From the IMG/VR virus record IMGVR_UViG_3300033156_000141, positions 83,092 to 109,754 of that record: a stretch of 26,663 bases of DNA; one strand, 5' to 3'. Below are positions 1-7,932 of the stretch, piece by piece. The notes below the pieces were generated by a model that searched no databases, had not been told where the DNA came from, and was given only the letters and a program-made list of their open reading frames with translations. Within the stretch, counting starts at the first letter, position 1. Each line of letters opens with the position of its first letter. Position numbers and translations under genes: made by a program. The DNA comes from a virus. Its lineage: Duplodnaviria; Heunggongvirae; Uroviricota; Caudoviricetes.

Positions 1-1
1 A

Positions 2-577
2 TGGTTACAACCAAGTCCCTATGATGGAGGAAGGTATCCACAAGACATAGTTGCTAAGCTGGCTTTTTATGTTGAAACCAAGTTTGCTAGCTTTAATTGT
101 AGATTTAGAAATTTCTTCTTTAGAATCTACAAAGCTCTGGCTGGTAAAGATACTCCAGTTAACAAAGTAGATATTTCTTTTGGAACACCATTGATAGACT
201 ATGAATTTAGAATACTTGGCATCGATGGAAAAATAGTAGCTAAGGGTGAGCATAAAGAAGGAGCTACTGTGATAAAATCTGGTAGAACCACTGGTGTTAC
301 ATCTGGAACAATACAGGATGCTCACTGGTGTGGAAATATATGGGGAAGTCGTGGAGTAGCCTATTATGAGGATGTAGTTCTCTGTCTATGCAAGTGTGCT
401 GGTGGAGATAGTGGATCTCCTGTTGTAAGTCCTCTCAAAGATAGTAACTATCTAGCTGATGGAGCATATGCATTTCTTGGAGCTCTGTTTGCTGGATCTG
501 ATCAAGGTCATATGATATACTGTAAATGGGAGAATATTGAACAAATAGCTAAAGTTAAAGTTATACTAAATAAATAA
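2..577 (+). CDS. Chymotrypsin/trypsin-like serine protease (S1-like, Nal1/alpha-lytic type), 5'-truncated by the window edge
   Basis: Frame is open from base 2 (WLQPSPYDGGRYPQDIVAKLAFYV...NKVDISFG), so the track start at 191 is internal. Contains VIKSGRTTGVTSGTI, catalytic-Ser motif GGDSGSPVV and candidate catalytic Asp in NKVD. The catalytic His would lie upstream of the window. Confidence 0.78.
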   Translation, partial: WLQPSPYDGGRYPQDIVAKLAFYVETKFASFNCRFRNFFFRIYKALAGKDTPVNKVDISFGTPLIDYEFRILGIDGKIVAKGEHKEGATVIKSGRTTGVTSGTIQDAHWCGNIWGSRGVAYYEDVVLCLCKCAGGDSGSPVVSPLKDSNYLADGAYAFLGALFAGSDQGHMIYCKWENIEQIAKVKVILNK

Positions 578-597
578 AATTATAGGAGGTTGAGAGA

Positions 598-807
598 ATG
601 TCTGAGGAAATAGTAGAAGAGAAAAGTCTGACTGAGCTAATAATAGAAAAGATAACTAATGCAGAAGCTCCAGTAGTAGTGTTCTTCTCGATATTTCTGG
701 TCTTAGCTGGACTACTTTACTGTGGTAAGATATCACCAGAGCTGTTTGAAAAAATGGTAATAAGCGATGGTCTGATATCAGCAATAATGAAATTGGTGAA
801 GAAGTGA
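598..807 (+). CDS. Small membrane protein (holin-like size and topology, function unproven)
   Basis: GGAGGT RBS upstream. 69 aa with acidic N-terminus, hydrophobic stretch PVVVFFSIFLVLAGLLYC, second amphipathic segment and basic C-terminus (KLVKK). Confidence 0.5.
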   Translation: MSEEIVEEKSLTELIIEKITNAEAPVVVFFSIFLVLAGLLYCGKISPELFEKMVISDGLISAIMKLVKK

Positions 808-813
808 TAAGCT

Positions 814-2199
814 ATGAGGATTATCAGAAGAAAGACACCAGAGCCTTCTATAGAAGAGCTGGTTAAAGTAGGACAGATAAACACTCAGCCATTGCTAGCT
901 GTAGGTAAAGACGTAAGAGAGAAACAGAAGGTCACTGGTGAAGCTCTAGAGACTCTGTATCGTATAGATGGTCTGACATTCAGAGAAGTCAATGACTACA
1001 TAGATTTTGTGATAGGAGAGGGATTCTACTTTGAAGGAGATGAAGAGCTATGTAGAGAAGCTGAAGAATGGTCTGAGGATGTAAAGCTCAAGAGAATACT
1101 AGAGTCTGTTTTAAGAGACATATTTGTAGGTGGAGCTGGAAATGCTTTTGTAGAGCTAGGATACTCAGAAAGTGGAAATGATATCCTAGCTCTGAGAATT
1201 CTAGATCCATCCAAGATAGACTATATCAGAGATCCCTCGACAAAAGATGTAATGCTTGATGAGAACTTTGAACCAATTGGTTTTCAGTATAAGGATAGAG
1301 ACTCTACTACTGAGTGGAGAAAGGATTCAATAACAAAGAATGGTAAAATTATATGGAAAGCTAAGAGAAAAAATGAAGATGGTAGAGATAGAATAGCTCA
1401 TTTCAAGCTATTCAGTATAGGAAGTGCATTCACTGGTATAACTCCATTGGAAGCTGTATACAAACAAGCTCTTATTAGGTTGAATCTAGAAGAGACTGTT
1501 GGAGAAGGAGCTTTTAGATCTGGTTCACTGATAGCTTATGTAGGTTCAGAACAGATGCCTAGACCATCTCCAGAGCTAATAGACAAGATAGTTGGTGATC
1601 TACAGAATGTCTCTATAGAATCGGTGTTTGGATTTCCAATAGATGTAAGAATTGAACGAATGCCAGCTCCTGACATAGCTGGTACTGAGGGACTGATTCT
1701 GTACTTTGCATCTATACAGAGTCTTGGAATGGGTATCCCACCTTCAAGACATTTCTTACCAGGTACAAGAGTAGCTGCTAGAGTTACAGAGTCTTCTGAT
1801 CTGGACTTTGAACGTAGAATAGTAGCTCTTCAGGACAGACTAGCTGAACAGATAAGAGAGAAGCTGTTGTATAGACTGTTCAAAGCTAGAAAGAAAGTAA
1901 AGAGCTACAAGGAAGTACCTAGAATAGTCTTTAGATCAAAGTCTCATGCTACTCTAGAGACTACAATAAATCTAGTATCGAGACTTGGAAGAAGAGATCT
2001 GATTAGAAGAGATCCAGAGCTTGAGCTCAAGATAAGAAGAGAGCTTGGACTACCAGCTACGTTTGTAGAAAGAGAGCTGGAGAAATGGAACAATGATGAA
2101 TCTAAGATCCCTGAAAGAGCTAAATCCAAGTCCGATGTAAATGTTGATGAAGACATTATTAGAGAAGTAATACAAGAGACTCTTGATAAGGAGAGATAG
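814..2199 (+). CDS. Phage portal protein
   Basis: 461 aa. Early helix DGLTFREVNDYIDFVIGEGFYF, clip-region LRILDPSKIDYIRD, wing segments IAHFKLFSIGSAFTGITPLEAVYK and ASIQSLGMGIPP, late helix RRIVALQDRLAEQIREKLLYRLF. Size and layout match portals, and head genes are in the same window. Confidence 0.75.
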   Translation: MRIIRRKTPEPSIEELVKVGQINTQPLLAVGKDVREKQKVTGEALETLYRIDGLTFREVNDYIDFVIGEGFYFEGDEELCREAEEWSEDVKLKRILESVLRDIFVGGAGNAFVELGYSESGNDILALRILDPSKIDYIRDPSTKDVMLDENFEPIGFQYKDRDSTTEWRKDSITKNGKIIWKAKRKNEDGRDRIAHFKLFSIGSAFTGITPLEAVYKQALIRLNLEETVGEGAFRSGSLIAYVGSEQMPRPSPELIDKIVGDLQNVSIESVFGFPIDVRIERMPAPDIAGTEGLILYFASIQSLGMGIPPSRHFLPGTRVAARVTESSDLDFERRIVALQDRLAEQIREKLLYRLFKARKKVKSYKEVPRIVFRSKSHATLETTINLVSRLGRRDLIRRDPELELKIRRELGLPATFVERELEKWNNDESKIPERAKSKSDVNVDEDIIREVIQETLDKER

Positions 2200-2204
2200 T
2201 TACT

Positions 2205-4292
2205 ATGGTTATGTATGTGAGAAAAAGAGATGGTAAGCTAGAAAGCTATGATCCTAACAGAATATGTGAAGCAATATGGAAAGCTTCTCAAGCTGTAGGA
2301 AATGACAGTAAGGACTTTGCATATCAAATAGGAAAACAGGTAGATAGAATAATACAAGAGAAGTATGGAGAAGATGGAGTTCCTACTGTTGAAGAGATAC
2401 AGGACATTGTAGAGAGAGTTCTTATAAAGAGAAACCTTACTCAGATAGCTAAAGCTTACATAATCTATAGACATCAACACAAAGAGCTTAGAGATATGGT
2501 AATGTCATTAAATGGCATTGATTTGATGGATCAGTATCTCAATCAGCTTGATTGGCAGGTTAAGGAAAATGCAAATAGACAGTATTCTCTTCAGGGACTA
2601 AACAACTACATAAGCTCAGAGCTGACAAAGAACTATTGGCTGAATAAGATTTATCCAGCTGAAGTAAGAGAAGCTCATCTAAGTGGTGACTTTCATATAC
2701 ACAATCTGAATATGCTTTCTGTATATTGTCTTGGTTGGGACTTGTATGACATTCTAATGACTGGATTTAGAGGAGCAACTGGTAGAATATCTAGTAAACC
2801 ACCCAAACATCTGAGAACAGCTATTGGTCAAATAGTCAATTTTATATTTGCTCTTTCACTAGAGAGTGCTGGAGCTCAAGCACTAAATAATGTTGATACA
2901 CTACTTGCTCCATTTGTAAGATATGACAATCTCAATTACAAAGAAGTAAAACAATGTATACAAGAACTACTATTTAGTTTAAATATTCCAACTAGAACTA
3001 GTGGTGAGACACCATTTTCAAATGTAAGCATAGATCTTAAAATACCCAATTTCATGAAAGAAATGCCAGGAATAGTAGCTGGTGAACCAGTAGAAGAACT
3101 TGGTGATTTCCAGGAAGAAGCTGACATGATAAACAAAGCTATCTTTGAAGTATTTTGTGAAGGAGATGCAGCTAGTAGAGTGTTTACATTTCCTATTCCT
3201 ACTTATTGTATAACAAAGGACTTTGACTGGGACAATGAAGCTTACAATGGTTTATGGGAAATGACAGCCAAGTACGGAATACCATACTTTAGTAACTATG
3301 TTAATAGCGATATGAGTCCTGAAGATGCTAGATCTATGTGTTGTCGTTTGAAAATTGACGTTTCAAAGTTAAGAAATAGAGGTGGTGGATACTTTGGATC
3401 ATATCCTCTCACGGGTTCATTAGGCGTAGTAACTATCAATATGCCTAGAATAGGCTTAGTTGCTAAGGATGATGATCAGTACTTTGAGAGACTAGAAAGA
3501 CTAATGGACATAGCTAGGACATCACTAGAGATCAAACGTAAGGTACTAGAGAGACTTACAGAGAGAGGACTTTATCCATATGTAAAGTTCTATCTTAGAA
3601 ATGTCAAAGCTAGATTTGGAAGCTACTGGAACAATCACTTCAACACCATTGGATTGGTTGGAATGAACGAGTCACTACTTAATTTCATGGACTGTACCAT
3701 AGCTGATGAAGAAGGAATAAAGTTTGCAATAAGAGTACTGGACTTCATGAGAGACAAGCTACTGGAATATCAGAAAGAGACTGGACATATGTACAACCTA
3801 GAAGCTACACCAGCTGAGGGATGTTCATACAGACTTGCTCTCCTAGACAAATCAAAGTTTAGTAACTGTCATTTCATGAATGGATATGGCAAGAGTGTAG
3901 AACATCCGATGTATACCAACAGTACTCAGCTACCAGTAGACTATACTACTGATATATTTGAAGCACTTGAGCTTCAAGAGGAGCTACAGACTAGATATAC
4001 TGGTGGAACAGTATTTCATGCCTTTCTAGGGGAAAGAATACAGAATCCAAGTGTAGTTCCACTATTACTGGAGAAAGTATTTACCAGCTTTAGAATACCG
4101 TACTTCACATTATCACCTACGTTCAGTATATGTGAGAAGCATGGATACATAGCTGGTGAAGTATATAAATGTCCACAATGTGGAGCTAGGACAGAGGTAT
4201 ATTCGAGAATAGTTGGATACTTGAGACCAGTGGATGCATGGCATCCTGGTAAACAAGCTGAATTTAAGTCTAGAAAGACATTTAAAATATAG
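2205..4292 (+). CDS. nrdD: Anaerobic (class III) ribonucleoside-triphosphate reductase with N-terminal ATP cone
   Basis: ATP cone VRKRDGKLESYDPNRICEAIWKA; HLSGDFHIHNL, YCLGWDL, SMCCRL, EATPAEG, YTNSTQLPVDY, YTGGTVFH; Zn-site CEKHG...CPQCG; glycyl-radical loop YSRIVGYLRP. Confidence 0.96.
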   Translation: MVMYVRKRDGKLESYDPNRICEAIWKASQAVGNDSKDFAYQIGKQVDRIIQEKYGEDGVPTVEEIQDIVERVLIKRNLTQIAKAYIIYRHQHKELRDMVMSLNGIDLMDQYLNQLDWQVKENANRQYSLQGLNNYISSELTKNYWLNKIYPAEVREAHLSGDFHIHNLNMLSVYCLGWDLYDILMTGFRGATGRISSKPPKHLRTAIGQIVNFIFALSLESAGAQALNNVDTLLAPFVRYDNLNYKEVKQCIQELLFSLNIPTRTSGETPFSNVSIDLKIPNFMKEMPGIVAGEPVEELGDFQEEADMINKAIFEVFCEGDAASRVFTFPIPTYCITKDFDWDNEAYNGLWEMTAKYGIPYFSNYVNSDMSPEDARSMCCRLKIDVSKLRNRGGGYFGSYPLTGSLGVVTINMPRIGLVAKDDDQYFERLERLMDIARTSLEIKRKVLERLTERGLYPYVKFYLRNVKARFGSYWNNHFNTIGLVGMNESLLNFMDCTIADEEGIKFAIRVLDFMRDKLLEYQKETGHMYNLEATPAEGCSYRLALLDKSKFSNCHFMNGYGKSVEHPMYTNSTQLPVDYTTDIFEALELQEELQTRYTGGTVFHAFLGERIQNPSVVPLLLEKVFTSFRIPYFTLSPTFSICEKHGYIAGEVYKCPQCGARTEVYSRIVGYLRPVDAWHPGKQAEFKSRKTFKI

Positions 4293-4304
4293 AGGTGATG
4301 ATGT

Positions 4305-4469
4305 TTGAGATATTATCACAAGGACAGAGTTAAGTGTTCTATATGTGGTAGAATTGATGAAGGATATATTCTAGAGATAGATCTATGGATATTTACACTA
4401 GAGAGAGGACTATGTGAATCCTGTATTAGCAAAATGTTCAAAGGATTAAAGAGAAATCTCAATAAGTAA
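4305..4469 (+). CDS. Small CxxC-CxxC zinc-binding protein (54 aa, TTG start; absent from the ORF track)
   Basis: Translated by hand: MRYYHKDRVKCSICGRIDEGYILEIDLWIFTLERGLCESCISKMFKGLKRNLNK*. GAGGTGA RBS at 4292-4298, 6 nt before TTG. Fills the gap after nrdD. Confidence 0.6.
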   Translation: MRYYHKDRVKCSICGRIDEGYILEIDLWIFTLERGLCESCISKMFKGLKRNLNK

Positions 4470-4472
4470 ACA

Positions 4473-4480
4473 TTTATAAG
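4473..4480 (+). promoter_or_regulatory. Putative archaeal TATA box for the HTH-phosphoesterase gene
   Basis: TTTATAAG preceded by an A-rich tract, about 44 nt before the GTG at 4524. Spacing is similar to the other two TATA-like boxes. Confidence 0.35.
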
Positions 4481-4523
4481 AGAAAAATGAGAATCTAAGA
4501 CAGAATCTTGGAGGTACAGATCT

Positions 4524-5735
4524 GTGCTAGATAGAGATACCTTATATGATCTATATTGGAATAAAGGACTGTCTGTTAGACAGATAGGAAAGATAGTTGG
4601 AAAAGATGAGTCAACTATTAGAAGATGGATGAAGAAGCTCGATATCCCAAGAAGAAGCTACAGTGAAGCTAGAGAGAACATGATTGAACATAATGATATT
4701 GATCTTGAAGAAGTAGAAGATGAGTTTCTTACGAAAATAATTGACAAGCTAGCTGATGGACTAGCTGACAAGATACCAGAGGTAAGATACAAATATAGAG
4801 AAAGAGAGAATATTAGTGTTCCACTACCACTCAAGGTTCTAGAGTCTGGTAAGAAAGCAGATATGACAGTTACTATTGTTATCTCTGATCTACATCTAGG
4901 TCATGAGTCTCATCTACCAGAAACTTACTGGAGCTGTATTTACAATCTAGAGAGAGTACTGAAGTATCTAGCTACCAACTACAACATCAAAAGAACTAGA
5001 GTGGTGTTAAATGGTGACATAGTTTCTGGTAGAAATATCTATAGAAGACAGGAGCTAGAGAATCTGGTACAGAGAGGACATTGGCAGGTGTTTCTAGCTG
5101 AACGTGTAATAAAGAGAACTATTGAACAAATAGAGAAGATAGTACCAGTTCATAGAATATATATGTTGAAGGGACATCATGAAGACACAGAGTCTAATTA
5201 TATGTTGTATCTAAAGAAATCTATAGGAGAAAAAGCTAGATACTGTAGTAGGCACTCCATAATTGATATTGGAAGTCCTATAGGACATTATAACGTACTA
5301 TTTACACATGGATATGGAAGATCTGACTACTATCCAATAGCTCCATCATTTATAAGAGACATACTAAAGACAATTTCAGACTATAGATCCAGAGGAGTAG
5401 TGATTGAAAGAGTAGTAGCTGCACACTCTCACTGGCTGAATCCTGAAATAATATTTGAAAGTACCAAGTTCTCTGTTACAGGTGGATTTCAGAAATGGCA
5501 GTATAGTATACAGCAGAGACCGTCTGGAATATTGGTGTTGTTATATACAGCTGATGAATGTTCAGTAGTTCCTATACATCCAATAGAGAAAATAGAGATG
5601 TACGAGAGAAATGAACCCAATCTAGAGTATAAGAATATGGCTTATTATGCCCAGATTCTAAGAGAACACTTCAAGCACTATGAGATGACTCATGATGATG
5701 AAACGGTATCCATTATCCAAGAAAATACAGAATAA
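4524..5735 (+). CDS. HTH-fused calcineurin-like metallophosphoesterase
   Basis: N-terminal HTH (LYWNKGLSVRQIGKIVGKDESTIRRWMKKLDIPRR). Metallophosphoesterase motifs SDLHLG, NGDIVSG, KGHHE, FTHGY, AAHSH. GGAGG RBS at 4510-4514. Confidence 0.78.
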   Translation: MLDRDTLYDLYWNKGLSVRQIGKIVGKDESTIRRWMKKLDIPRRSYSEARENMIEHNDIDLEEVEDEFLTKIIDKLADGLADKIPEVRYKYRERENISVPLPLKVLESGKKADMTVTIVISDLHLGHESHLPETYWSCIYNLERVLKYLATNYNIKRTRVVLNGDIVSGRNIYRRQELENLVQRGHWQVFLAERVIKRTIEQIEKIVPVHRIYMLKGHHEDTESNYMLYLKKSIGEKARYCSRHSIIDIGSPIGHYNVLFTHGYGRSDYYPIAPSFIRDILKTISDYRSRGVVIERVVAAHSHWLNPEIIFESTKFSVTGGFQKWQYSIQQRPSGILVLLYTADECSVVPIHPIEKIEMYERNEPNLEYKNMAYYAQILREHFKHYEMTHDDETVSIIQENTE

Positions 5736-5958
5736 AGAATGGTTGGATAGTCTCTCTCCAAGAGCTAAAAGAAGACTAGAGATATGTCTAGAGATACTGG
5801 AACCAGAGGAGCTAAATGAGTACTCATCTATAAGAACAGCTTACAAGGTAGCTAGAGAACGATATATAAGAATATGCATGGGAGAAGATCCAGATCTATA
5901 CTTCGATGTTCCTATCTTTATTGACACTGAAAAATACAAGAGAATTGTTTCTCTCTAA
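5692..5958 (+). CDS. Hypothetical protein (88 aa)
   Basis: Codon style like its neighbours. Overlaps the upstream gene by 44 nt. No recognisable motif. Confidence 0.5.
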   Translation: MMMKRYPLSKKIQNKEWLDSLSPRAKRRLEICLEILEPEELNEYSSIRTAYKVARERYIRICMGEDPDLYFDVPIFIDTEKYKRIVSL

Positions 5959-6600
5959 GCTCCCATATTCTTTTTCATTTGTTTTGTGTTTTGGGTATGT
6001 AAATATTAAACTCAAGCTTAAGCTTATAGAATTACTATAAGAGTTATAGCTACTGTCTCTAGGCTTGGACCTGTAGTATCCTGTTCTGATTTTGATGAAG
6101 AAGGACAGTAGCTTCTGTCTTGTTTTCTGCTGTATTGATTCAGAAAGAGTGGATACTAGGTTCCTCAGTCTAGTCGCTATGTCGAGAGCTGCTTCTTCAA
6201 TTCGATTTTCATCCACAAAATATCCAAGCTCTATTATCTCAATTCCATGACTTATTAAGTACTCTCTAGAATGTTCAGTCCATCTAGGATTGCTTATAAC
6301 GAGAATTTTCTTTCTTAGAAACAGCTCTGGATTGTTGACATCTATGAATCTACAGAGAATTTCTCTATAAGCTTTTCTTCTATCAACATAGTATCTTACA
6401 CAGTTCCAGTTCTTAGCTTCTAGCAGAAAAGATCCAAACAGAATAAAGTCAGCTGATTGTTCTCCAGGTCTCTTGTAAAAATTATATCTGGTATGAATGT
6501 CCTGAAAAGGAACATTCAACATTTTCAGAGCTCTAACGATAGCTTTATTAAGGAATTCCTCTTTTACTAGATTCGAGTAGACTCGTCTACTCAACCTCAT
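5896..6600 (-). CDS. PD-(D/E)xK restriction-endonuclease-fold protein
   Basis: SADFILFGSFLLEAKNWN fits the (P)D...ExK core, followed by a beta-strand ILVIS. The GGAGG RBS abuts the ATG, so the true start may be the TTG at 6594. The C-terminal ~70 aa are low-complexity and may be read-through. Confidence 0.62.
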   Translation of the reverse strand: MRLSRRVYSNLVKEEFLNKAIVRALKMLNVPFQDIHTRYNFYKRPGEQSADFILFGSFLLEAKNWNCVRYYVDRRKAYREILCRFIDVNNPELFLRKKILVISNPRWTEHSREYLISHGIEIIELGYFVDENRIEEAALDIATRLRNLVSTLSESIQQKTRQKLLSFFIKIRTGYYRSKPRDSSYNSYSNSISLSLSLIFTYPKHKTNEKEYGSLERNNSLVFFSVNKDRNIEV

Positions 6601-6642
6601 TCCTCCTTTGTTTCTAAATTTCTATTATTTCTCTAAGACTAC

Positions 6643-6652
6643 CTTTATAAAG
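6643..6652. promoter_or_regulatory. Palindromic TATA-like box, candidate bidirectional promoter
   Basis: CTTTATAAAG is a perfect palindrome lying 43 nt from the nuclease start (-) and 48 nt from the GT4 start (+). Confidence 0.45.
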
Positions 6653-6699
6653 TTATCCTTTTAGAAGATAATTTAATACTGAGCAAGTGTGATGAGTAG

Positions 6700-7932
6700 A
6701 TGAGTGAAGAGGACAAATCCAATCTAAAGAAACGATCAAGGTTTAGAATACTATGGCATAGTGTGGCAAGTCATATAAGGTCTGGCTACGGAATAGTTAC
6801 TAGGTACATTACAAGCGGACTTGTAAAACATGGATTCAATGTATATGTATCAGCTTACTATGGAATAGAACCAGGAGGAGTAATAGTAATAAATGGAGTA
6901 CCTCACTTTCCATCTAAGAATGGTAGATTTGGAGAAAACAGCTGTATATATTACTACAATTCAATAAAAGCAAATATAGCTTGTCTAATGTCAGATCCTT
7001 GGGCATTTGATTGGTTTCCAACAAAGCTCCCTACAACAATGACATACGGACCACTTGATCATATAAACTATCCAGAAGAAATACAGACTCTAATCAGAGC
7101 TTATGACTACAGAGTATCTCCTACATACTTCCAGAAGAATGAGTGGGAATCATATGATCCACCAGTAAAATATGATAAAGTAATCTATCATGGTGTAGAT
7201 ACATCTGTGTACAAACCAATGAACAAGAGACTAGCTAAGGAAGAAGTAGGACTACCACCAGATGTGTTTTTGTTTGGAACAATAGCAGCTAACTCTGACA
7301 AAGAAAGTAGAAAGTCATGGGGTGAACACATAATAGCTCTAAGAATATTTCTAGACAACAATCCAGATGTGAAAGAGTCAGATGTAAAATATTTCATTTA
7401 TACCAATCCTTCAGATCCAAGAGGAATAGACATTAGAATGCTAGTGAAGAAATACAAGCTAGAGAAGGTAGCTATTCTTCAGAATCCAATGATATTTGAA
7501 ACTGGTATCAAAGAAGAGAATCTATGTACAATATATAATGCTATTGATGTACAGCTCTATTGTTCTAGAAGAGAAGGCTTTGGTATTCCAATACTAGAAG
7601 GTATGGCATGTGGTACTCCAGCAATAGCTAATAACTTCTCAAGTATGACTGAATTAGTCAAAGGACGTGGATGGTTAGTCAAACCAAAAATGTATACTTA
7701 TACTCCTATAGGTGCTATTTCTTCGATGGTAGATCCTCATGATATAGCTGAAGCTCTAGAGAAAGCTTATTTCGGTGACAAAGAGAGAAGTAGATATTCC
7801 AAGAAATCTATAAAGTTTGCTAGACGATTTGACTGGAACAAGCTAGTTGAGAAAGAGTGGATTCCATTTTTTGATAGTATTATGGAGGATCTATCTTCTA
7901 GTAAAGATATTACTAATAGGCGGTTGATATGA
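6700..7932 (+). CDS. Glycosyltransferase family 4 (GT-B)
   Basis: RILWHSVASHIRSGYG N-terminal motif; VIYHGVDTSVYKP; RKSW; C-terminal signature YNAIDVQLYCSRREGFGIPILEGMACGTPAI. Confidence 0.92.
   Translation: MSEEDKSNLKKRSRFRILWHSVASHIRSGYGIVTRYITSGLVKHGFNVYVSAYYGIEPGGVIVINGVPHFPSKNGRFGENSCIYYYNSIKANIACLMSDPWAFDWFPTKLPTTMTYGPLDHINYPEEIQTLIRAYDYRVSPTYFQKNEWESYDPPVKYDKVIYHGVDTSVYKPMNKRLAKEEVGLPPDVFLFGTIAANSDKESRKSWGEHIIALRIFLDNNPDVKESDVKYFIYTNPSDPRGIDIRMLVKKYKLEKVAILQNPMIFETGIKEENLCTIYNAIDVQLYCSRREGFGIPILEGMACGTPAIANNFSSMTELVKGRGWLVKPKMYTYTPIGAISSMVDPHDIAEALEKAYFGDKERSRYSKKSIKFARRFDWNKLVEKEWIPFFDSIMEDLSSSKDITNRRLI

Noticed and set aside
5896-6110. Ser/Leu/Asn-rich C-terminal tail of the nuclease as a distinct domain
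   Set aside because: Low-complexity sequence over an A/T-tract region that overlaps the convergent gene; more likely stop-codon read-through than a folded domain.
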